Source: Candidatus Latescibacterota bacterium (GTDB lineage: Bacteria; Latescibacterota; UBA2968). From it: 64,000 bases of DNA. Position numbers and translations under genes: made by a program. The stretch lies in contig OZ244960.1 in the NCBI GenBank assembly GCA_965222605.1, forward strand, positions 1,664,001-1,728,000. The letters run 5' to 3'. Below are positions 51,865 through 59,801 of this stretch, in pieces. The notes beneath the pieces were generated by a model. The model was not told the origin of the DNA and did no database searches. It was given only the letters and a program-made list of their open reading frames with translations. The stretch's first letter is position 1, and every line of letters begins with the position of its first letter.

Positions 51865-52920
51865 TTAAAACCCAAGCCCAACAGTCAACCAGTGATTATC
51901 CTGAAAGAACTCGGTTTTGCCATAGGCATAATCCACCTGAAAACCCATATTGCCCATGGGCACATTGAGACCAAAGCCAAACGTCGGGCCGAGAATATAT
52001 TCCTTCTTAAACCCATTTGGCAGGGCATCACCCGTTGGAGAGGTCACATATCCACCGCGCAACTGAAGTATTTGCTTCATCGAATACTCAACGCCAGCCT
52101 GATACTCGTCAGTCGCCAGATTGTTATTGCGGAAGGTAGCGGAAAAAGTAGCTTTGCCCAGCGCGTCTTCGTAGAAATTATAGGAAAAACCGATTTCTAT
52201 GGACGTGGGCAACTCAGCAGTCGCCAGTGCCGTGCGGAAAGTGCGCGATCCGGCTTGAGGATCAGCCTCTGGGACCGCGTCTTGCAATCTCACCACCCGA
52301 TCCAGATCCGGACCATCAAACCGCAGGTCTGGACCAAAATTTTGCATGGCAATACCCAGCGTCAAACCTTTTAGTGCGGTTTTATATTGGAAACCAAAGT
52401 CAAACGCCAGACCATTGGCGACCTCTCGCTTAATCCCCTCGTGGATATACTTGATCGTGGTGCCAAATGACACGCGGTCTGTCAACAATTGTGAATACGT
52501 AAATGTCACGCACGAAAACCTCGGAGAGAGTATCTCGCCCGTGCCTTCGGGCGCTTCCTCGGTGGTCACAACAATATCGCCCACCGCAAACACGCGGGCA
52601 CTAATCCCCACCGAAATATCATCGCGCAGACGCGTAGTAATCGCAAAATAATTCACATTCATATCCGCGATATAATCCAGATATGAAAACACGGCTTCGC
52701 GCTTGTGCGTTCCAAATACCAATCCCGAAGGATTCCACTGCAATGCCTCCGCGCCTTTTACATGGGCCAGTATAGCCCCTCCAAGTGCTGTACCGCGCGA
52801 TCCAATTGGAATACGCAACTCTTGTGCCGCGGCTGTGCCGATGCGGCTCTTATCGCCTGCACGAGCATCCTGAGCAATCAATGCCAGCGCGGCAAACAGA
52901 AAAATCATCTGTCTGAACAT
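51865..52920 (-). CDS. PorV/PorQ family outer-membrane beta-barrel
   Basis: GT.AA..L.I..G.R..ALGGA, WNPSGL, FDFGFQY, NFG, LRGGY, C-terminal F. Confidence 0.85.
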   Translation of the reverse strand: MFRQMIFLFAALALIAQDARAGDKSRIGTAAAQELRIPIGSRGTALGGAILAHVKGAEALQWNPSGLVFGTHKREAVFSYLDYIADMNVNYFAITTRLRDDISVGISARVFAVGDIVVTTEEAPEGTGEILSPRFSCVTFTYSQLLTDRVSFGTTIKYIHEGIKREVANGLAFDFGFQYKTALKGLTLGIAMQNFGPDLRFDGPDLDRVVRLQDAVPEADPQAGSRTFRTALATAELPTSIEIGFSYNFYEDALGKATFSATFRNNNLATDEYQAGVEYSMKQILQLRGGYVTSPTGDALPNGFKKEYILGPTFGFGLNVPMGNMGFQVDYAYGKTEFFQDNHWLTVGLGF

Positions 52921-52947
52921 AAGTTATTCCTCCATAAGCCAGAATCT

Positions 52948-52983
52948 GTGTACAACTGGTGAACAGCTAAAGCAGTTGTACAC
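52948..52983. other. Intergenic 11-bp perfect inverted repeat
   Basis: GTGTACAACTG-N14-CAGTTGTACAC. Confidence 0.6.
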
Positions 52984-52998
52984 CGACTCAGCAGGTCG

Positions 52999-55900
52999 TT
53001 AAAATGAGTTCAGCGTCTCCGCTTCCATGAACACCGCGCACTTGATAAAATGCGTACCGAGATTTGGCGCGTCAAAATGCGCGATATAAACGCCGCTGGC
53101 GATCAGCACACCCTGATCTGTTTTTAGATCCCAGGTATCAAACGACAAACCGTTATTGTGCTCAATCGTTCGCACCAGATCGCCCGACAGACTGAAAATT
53201 CGGATCGTACATTGCGCGGGAAGATTGGTAAAACGCATCTGGCGTGCAAGCGAACTAAATTCATAAGATGAACGCCCCAGATACGGATTGGGCACCGCCA
53301 GAATTTTTGTCAAATCTTCTACGGCCAACTCTTGATCGCCCCGGATAGCACCCTGCGTACCAAATGAAAACACATCGTTGGGGCCATTGACGTGATTCGC
53401 CAAAATCAAAAACGAATCGCCATCCTGCGGGAACCGCGTTGCCCCACGGCGCCCAGCAAAAATGATATACATAATAGGTGGTGCCGGATTGCCATTAATC
53501 AAGCCCTGAGACAACTCCGCCACATTGGAATCATCGCCCGGCTCGGTATAATCCCGATCAAAAATGAACAACCACTCGCGCGGTCCACCGCCAGCCAGAT
53601 TGCTGACATCGTTGTAAAATGCCGGACCATACGCCCCATTGACCAGGCCACCGGGTTGGTTATTCTCCAGCCAACCAATTTCGAGACGGCGGTTATTTTC
53701 CATGTCCCAGGCCGAAAGCGCGATTGGATTGCGTTCCTGATACACATACACACCGGGGCCTGATGTATTGATGATATAATTGCTCCAATCATAAGGCACT
53801 TGTGTGGTCGTCTGATCTGCAGGTGCAGGAGGAGGAGCACCTGCGCCGCGCAAATACCGATACCCATAAGACACATTGGGATTGGTCAGGTCAATGGGTT
53901 TGTACTGATCTTCGCCTTCATCTTCAATCACACTGGTAAACCGCAATTCCACATTGACCAACCGCGAAGGCGACACGCTCGTCGGGCCAAACCACATATG
54001 GGCAATATCGCCCGTCATCGCACCGCGGAAACCTTCGGCACCCCAGATGTTATTTGCCCAGGTGTACCACCGCGCACCCGACGGAATATCCCAATCTTTG
54101 ATGCCTAATGGGGGACCGGTCACGCGCACGAGCAAACCCTCGGTAACAGGATTGGCAATCGCCGCATCCAGTGAGGCGTGCTGCTCCATATCTGAAAGCA
54201 CGGCCTGACCGCTCGACAGATTGATCAGATCCCATATCGTTCCCGCATCAGTATCGCGGAAGCGCACTTCGTAAGACGCCCCCGTGACCTGTGTATCGTC
54301 AACCACATCCACAGCCACGATACCATCGCTTGAACCCGATGTGTGCTCAACAACACTATCCACACCCACGGTATTGAATCGCGTACCCGCAGTGGGCCCG
54401 CGCGGCACAATGCCATTGGCCGGAATCAACTCATCCGAAAGAGGCTTAAACGTCATGCGCCCATCGGCCAGAGCCGAAATGGCTGTTTCGAGTGCTTTGG
54501 GCGACCTGCTCTCATTCAACGCATAGGCCGTCACCGCAAAATAATAGGTTTTACCCGTCACCAGCCTACCGCCCAAAACCTTATCTTCTTTAAGTTCGAT
54601 ATAGCGCCGAATGCCCGAATCACCGCCAAATTGCACGGGAGAGTTGACCACCACACCGGCACGTTCATCGAACTGATTGTCAAAAATGATGGCCGAGCCA
54701 TTGACCACGTCATAAGTCGCAAGACGTCTCCAGGGACCAGCGATCGACTCGCCCTGATACACGTTATAACCTTCAAATCCATAATCGCCTGATTGAACTT
54801 CTGAATCGTTGCCCCAGGTCAACTGAACTTTGCCATTGCCCATGTGATCGCCCGTCACAGCTACCGACACTTTGGGTGCGGGCGGAGGCGATGGCAATGC
54901 AAAATTGGCATCAAAGGCCGATTGTGCAAATGTATCGTTAAAACGCGCGGCTGTAATCGATGTGAGCCGATCTTGACCTTGACCCATAATAATGGCACCC
55001 ACCACTTCCTGCGTATCGCCGGGCGCGAAGGTGAACGGTCCCGCCGTGAGCATCAAACGGCGGTCAGCCGGGTTTTCGTCGTTCCAGCCCGTGCCCGCAA
55101 CCGGATCTCCATCGACCATAAAAGCCTTCACCTGACCCGTAATCGGGTCGGTGTGCAGGGCTACGCCGCCATCCGGGTCAACACCTTTCATATAGTTATA
55201 GGTCTCTCCTGCAGTGTGAGGGTCCGTGCCGTTGATGTATTTGTTAAACGACGTCATGGGCAATTCCACACCGTCATCGCCAATCGGACCTTTAAAAAAG
55301 TCATACCCTACGGCCGGCGGTGATGAACCATACTGCGCGTCTATGTTTGACCCGTTATAACAAAATCCAAAGCTCGTCTCCACATCGCAACCCACCAGGT
55401 CGTTATCGGCCTGCCCCAGATCGGGATCAGACCAAATCGACACATAAGTGCTATCGATGGTATTGCCACCCTTGTTGATGATCAAAAACTTGATGAACAC
55501 CACATTACCGAGCGGACCTGTGCGGTTGAACGCAAAAGTCGTCTGCTGTATTTCAAGACCCAAAGGCGCGGTCTGCATATTGGTGTGGGAACCCGGATCG
55601 GCATCATTATACACCGCCCACAGGGTCTGATCGCCCAGCACCATCGGCGTGCCATCGGGATTGACCGGCGCACCGTCTTCAACCGGCCACTGTGCGTAAT
55701 CCGGGTTTTCTAGGCCATCGCCCTTGTTGATCTTATAAACGCGATAGCGGTCGAGTTGAGGATCGGCAGGTGTACCGTCGGGCAAAATCGGCCCGGGCGC
55801 ATACTCAAACGAATACTCGGCAATCGCCACGCGAATCTCGCCATTGACCTTTCCGGCAATCCACGGACCGGCTGCAAACACCGAAGTTTTGCCCGTGCCC

Positions 55901-56139
55901 TTGGGAAATTCGAGGCCCGAAGCCCCAGTACCCAGATCCCAGGCAAATGAACCCTGGTTGGTCACAAACATCGCGATATTGTTCACATCGATCAGTTGAT
56001 CATTGCTAATTTTACCCAGCCGCGGCTGTTGCGAGGGCGATACAGCCAGCGCAATGCCAGCCATGCCCACGCTCATCAAAGCCAGCGTCATAATTGTGGC
56101 TGGAATCACGCCACAACATGTTTTCAAAAAGCTTTTCAT
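52999..56139 (-). CDS. Large secreted multidomain protein with FN3-like domain and T9SS/FlgD-like C-terminal domain
   Basis: Signal peptide (ALA-V); VQLTW...GYNVY...TYYFAVTAY; C-terminal AVPNPY...FTNLP..CTIRIFSLSGDLV...WDL...ASGVY. Confidence 0.8.
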   Translation of the reverse strand: MKSFLKTCCGVIPATIMTLALMSVGMAGIALAVSPSQQPRLGKISNDQLIDVNNIAMFVTNQGSFAWDLGTGASGLEFPKGTGKTSVFAAGPWIAGKVNGEIRVAIAEYSFEYAPGPILPDGTPADPQLDRYRVYKINKGDGLENPDYAQWPVEDGAPVNPDGTPMVLGDQTLWAVYNDADPGSHTNMQTAPLGLEIQQTTFAFNRTGPLGNVVFIKFLIINKGGNTIDSTYVSIWSDPDLGQADNDLVGCDVETSFGFCYNGSNIDAQYGSSPPAVGYDFFKGPIGDDGVELPMTSFNKYINGTDPHTAGETYNYMKGVDPDGGVALHTDPITGQVKAFMVDGDPVAGTGWNDENPADRRLMLTAGPFTFAPGDTQEVVGAIIMGQGQDRLTSITAARFNDTFAQSAFDANFALPSPPPAPKVSVAVTGDHMGNGKVQLTWGNDSEVQSGDYGFEGYNVYQGESIAGPWRRLATYDVVNGSAIIFDNQFDERAGVVVNSPVQFGGDSGIRRYIELKEDKVLGGRLVTGKTYYFAVTAYALNESRSPKALETAISALADGRMTFKPLSDELIPANGIVPRGPTAGTRFNTVGVDSVVEHTSGSSDGIVAVDVVDDTQVTGASYEVRFRDTDAGTIWDLINLSSGQAVLSDMEQHASLDAAIANPVTEGLLVRVTGPPLGIKDWDIPSGARWYTWANNIWGAEGFRGAMTGDIAHMWFGPTSVSPSRLVNVELRFTSVIEDEGEDQYKPIDLTNPNVSYGYRYLRGAGAPPPAPADQTTTQVPYDWSNYIINTSGPGVYVYQERNPIALSAWDMENNRRLEIGWLENNQPGGLVNGAYGPAFYNDVSNLAGGGPREWLFIFDRDYTEPGDDSNVAELSQGLINGNPAPPIMYIIFAGRRGATRFPQDGDSFLILANHVNGPNDVFSFGTQGAIRGDQELAVEDLTKILAVPNPYLGRSSYEFSSLARQMRFTNLPAQCTIRIFSLSGDLVRTIEHNNGLSFDTWDLKTDQGVLIASGVYIAHFDAPNLGTHFIKCAVFMEAETLNSF

Positions 56140-56154
56140 GTTTTAATCTCCCAT

Positions 56155-59043
56155 TTAGAAGCTGAGCGCGAGTCCAAAGCGAACCTGCCGCGGCGTCTCA
56201 AAGTTGAACGGACTTTTCTCTTTGAGCTCGTATTTGTCTGCTCCCAGTTGTCCAAAGCGAGCCACAAATTCGCGACCTTCGTCTGTATTCAACCAGCCCG
56301 AAGTCGTTGGGCTACCTGTGCTCGAATACACGGGGTTGGTTGGGTTGGCGCGGTTGAACAAATTGAGCACCCACACGTATAGGTCGCCCTGAAGTCCCGC
56401 GATTTTGAAGCGCTTGTTGGCCTTCACATCGGTCCTGAACGACCAGGGACCATAGCTGGAATTTACAGGACCCGAAGGACGTGAAAACGACGCCAGCGTG
56501 GTCACTTCATTATACGTAAACGTGGGCGTATAGGGGAACCCACTCCCGGCGGTGAACAACACATTGATCCCGGCATTGGACAGCGGCCGACCACCCAGGA
56601 ACCTCGGGCCATCTTTATCTACAAAGCGATAGTCGATCGATGCCGAAATTTTGTGGCGTTGATCAAAGTCGAGTGGTGAGGTCGATTTGGGCGGCTCATT
56701 CACGCCGGGTTGGAATGTCCACGCGATCTGTCGCTGGGTTTGTGGCGTTGATCCCGTGCCTGTCGCATAAGCGAGAGAATAAGACAGACGTACAGTTGTG
56801 CGTTCTGTACGCCGCATCAACAAACCAAAGTCCAGACCCTTAATGGTTCCGTAGTCGTTGTTGCGGAACGTGGAAAAGGCCGTGGGATTAGACGGGATTG
56901 TCGCCACCTGAACGAGGTTTTCCACGGCTTTGTAATACGCCGTCACATCGACACTGGCATGGCCGCCCACCTGCTGCACCAGACCCACTTCATAAGCCGT
57001 GGTTTTTTCCGGCTTGAGATTCGGGTTGCCAAAGGCGTAATAATATCCCCCCAAAGGCACTTTGTATTCCAGATAATCCAGACCCACATACAGATCTTCC
57101 AGCTTGGGTTGCTGGTAGAAAATGCCGTAATTCATGTGAAACACGGTCTTATCTGTAACGGGAAACCCAACGCCCAGGCGCGGGCTGATCTTGTGATACA
57201 CGCTATTGCCAGCGAGATCCGACGGATCCAATGTCGAGTCGCCACCTAATGGCACGCCATCATTGGCAAGCACATCGGTACTCGCATTCAAATAATCGTA
57301 ACGAACGCCTGCATTGATGATCAACCCATCGTATTCCATCTTGTCCTGTACGTAAAACGAGGCCAAAATGGGTTCTTTTTGCGCGTCGCGGGTCGCATCC
57401 AAAGGCTCGACCATCTGATTATCCCAGTCGTACTGATACCCGTAGCGGTCCACATCCTGAAAACCACCCCTGTCGTCTGGGCTTATGAACGGTCCGCGAA
57501 AGGTCAAAATGGGGGTCAGATGACGATAATAACGCAATCGATGCATCTGCACGTCAAAACCGAGCTTAAACTGGTGATTGCGGCTGATCTGGCTGGTCAA
57601 ATCAAAGTCGATAGGCGTGAGATAAAATGAGCTACTTTGCGTAAAGCTGCTATACACGCGCCCTTCATCGCCTTCAAAATACGTTATAGAGCGGTCATTG
57701 ATGGTTTCCGTTGTGCTCGTAATCTCGGTGGAATCCACATCGCCGCGTGCAAACAAACTTTCCGCATCATAACGCGGATTGCCCTGGGGCCGGGAATAGT
57801 CGTGCAAATTGTCGAAATGAATCCCATCGCCCGCCTTGAAATTCTGGTCGAACATACTCGTTTGCAAAGTGAAGAAGGTCTTTGCACCGAGCGTATAAGT
57901 CACGCGGGCAAACGCCGAGTTGTTATTCCTTTTGACACGCGGCGCATGCCGCAAATTATAGCGATATGAGTGAATATAGCTCAAGCGATCTGTTTTTGAG
58001 CCTACAATGCCGGCTTTCAGACCGATTGCGTCAGACAACCGATACGAGAGCTTGGCCTGCCAGCCCCATCTGTTGAGCGTATAATGCGGCAATATGCCCT
58101 CGCTGAGCAGGTCGTAATCTTCCTGTGACAACAGGTCTTTTTCCCAATCGTGTACTTCCACCCCCCACTTCGGGCTGCGGTCGAGACGATCAATGCGTTC
58201 TCCGGAGACAAAAAACGAAGGCCCGTTCGTCCCGGGAATGAGTGGCCCCCCCAGTGTCGCATCGGTAGTGTTATACCCATAAGAAGGCGCACCGGCCCAA
58301 CTGCGGTCATTCATTTCATCTGTGATATATTCCACAGATCCCGAATAATTCTGCCCGCCTTCGCGCGTCACCACCTTGACAACGCCCGACATCACGCGAC
58401 CATACTCCGCTTCAAACCCACCCACAATCACGGATACCTGATCGATGGCACCATTGCTCAGAGTCGTGGTCGATGAGCCGAATTGCAAATCTTTCTGCGA
58501 TACCCCATCAACAATATAATCAACTTCTGAAAACCGTCCGCCGCGTACATAAATTACGCCGTTCCGAGTCGTCACACCCGCCTGCAAGGACGTGGCCGCT
58601 GCATATCCGCGCACAGGCATATACTCGAGTTCTTCGCTGGTTACGAGGCGCATTGAACTGGTATTGTCTTTCTGCACCAGCGGGCGCACCGCCACCACTT
58701 CAATAGCTTCGGCTTCCAGGGCTTGTGCTGTGAGCACAAAATCTACTTCAGTGGTCAAATCGGGCAACACCTTGATGCCCTTGAACACTACGTCTTGATA
58801 CCCGATAAAACTGCATTTTACGTCATACGTACCTGCCGGCACATTCAAAATCGCAAAATGGCCTTCGGGATCTGATGTCGCACCAAAGACGCTGGACAGG
58901 CCCAGAACCACCACATTGGCACCGGGCAATCCACCACTGCCGTCTTTGTCAACAATCTGACCCGCAATTTTACCCGTCACCCCGGCCATCGCGGATGCGG
59001 ATAAAAACGACATCGCAACAAGTGCGATTATCCATCTGGTCAT
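56155..59043 (-). CDS. TonB-dependent receptor with N-terminal carboxypeptidase-regulatory-like domain
   Basis: GKIAG...LPGANV, YVRGGR, GGFEAEYG..MSGVV, GNPNLKPEKT..YE.G, C-terminal PRQVRFGLALSF; AGGAGG RBS. Confidence 0.92.
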   Translation of the reverse strand: MTRWIIALVAMSFLSASAMAGVTGKIAGQIVDKDGSGGLPGANVVVLGLSSVFGATSDPEGHFAILNVPAGTYDVKCSFIGYQDVVFKGIKVLPDLTTEVDFVLTAQALEAEAIEVVAVRPLVQKDNTSSMRLVTSEELEYMPVRGYAAATSLQAGVTTRNGVIYVRGGRFSEVDYIVDGVSQKDLQFGSSTTTLSNGAIDQVSVIVGGFEAEYGRVMSGVVKVVTREGGQNYSGSVEYITDEMNDRSWAGAPSYGYNTTDATLGGPLIPGTNGPSFFVSGERIDRLDRSPKWGVEVHDWEKDLLSQEDYDLLSEGILPHYTLNRWGWQAKLSYRLSDAIGLKAGIVGSKTDRLSYIHSYRYNLRHAPRVKRNNNSAFARVTYTLGAKTFFTLQTSMFDQNFKAGDGIHFDNLHDYSRPQGNPRYDAESLFARGDVDSTEITSTTETINDRSITYFEGDEGRVYSSFTQSSSFYLTPIDFDLTSQISRNHQFKLGFDVQMHRLRYYRHLTPILTFRGPFISPDDRGGFQDVDRYGYQYDWDNQMVEPLDATRDAQKEPILASFYVQDKMEYDGLIINAGVRYDYLNASTDVLANDGVPLGGDSTLDPSDLAGNSVYHKISPRLGVGFPVTDKTVFHMNYGIFYQQPKLEDLYVGLDYLEYKVPLGGYYYAFGNPNLKPEKTTAYEVGLVQQVGGHASVDVTAYYKAVENLVQVATIPSNPTAFSTFRNNDYGTIKGLDFGLLMRRTERTTVRLSYSLAYATGTGSTPQTQRQIAWTFQPGVNEPPKSTSPLDFDQRHKISASIDYRFVDKDGPRFLGGRPLSNAGINVLFTAGSGFPYTPTFTYNEVTTLASFSRPSGPVNSSYGPWSFRTDVKANKRFKIAGLQGDLYVWVLNLFNRANPTNPVYSSTGSPTTSGWLNTDEGREFVARFGQLGADKYELKEKSPFNFETPRQVRFGLALSF

Positions 59044-59169
59044 GGTCAACTCCCTCCTGAAATAATTTTGAAAACCAGACTTATAGACGCTCACACGCCT
59101 CTCATTCATCATCCCCTCACGTAAACCGTTTGCAACTGTGTCGCTGCATCACCTCCTTGCACCAACAAA

Positions 59170-59772
59170 TCATTGCGAAAGCTCTTGCCGAACCTCGCTT
59201 GCGGGAAATTCGACTTTTGCATAAATCTCGCGCAAAGACAACTCGCAACCAATTGAAACGAAATTGAGCACATCGTCGTGCTTGCTAAACTCAGTCAGCA
59301 GCCACTGTGTCCCTTGTCGAAGATAGTGTTCGACGCGAACACAATTTTGTGCAACTAAAATGTATTCGCTCAGGGACTCGACTTGACGATATTGCGCAAA
59401 TTTCTCCCCGCGGTCATAAGCCTCTGTAGAAGAAGAGAGAACTTCTATAAGAACAGTCGGATTGAGGAGCGTGTCGAGTTCGGCATCCTCAAAGAGCGGT
59501 TCATCACAGACAACGACAACATCCGGGTAGGTGTATAGTTCTGTTGGACTAACCTTCACGCGCATATCGTTGATGTAGGTCTCACAAGTCCGCGCCTTCA
59601 ATTGGGAACGGAGCTCACCGAATATATTACCCGCGATGAGATTGTGCGCCCGACTGGCACCAGCCATCGCATAGATCTGACCCTTAAAGTATTCGCTTCT
59701 GCTCGTTGCCTCGCGTTCCAAAATGAGATACGCCTCTGGGGTCAGATAGGATTGTACAGCGACAGATGCCAT
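59170..59772 (-). CDS. Uma2 family endonuclease-fold protein
   Basis: AMAGAS..H, YPDVVV, P.VLIEVLS.ST..YDRG.KF..Y, EYILV.Q. Confidence 0.9.
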   Translation of the reverse strand: MASVAVQSYLTPEAYLILEREATSRSEYFKGQIYAMAGASRAHNLIAGNIFGELRSQLKARTCETYINDMRVKVSPTELYTYPDVVVVCDEPLFEDAELDTLLNPTVLIEVLSSSTEAYDRGEKFAQYRQVESLSEYILVAQNCVRVEHYLRQGTQWLLTEFSKHDDVLNFVSIGCELSLREIYAKVEFPASEVRQELSQ

Positions 59773-59801
59773 GATGGCCTCCATACTCGTTGTTCCAATT
59801 T

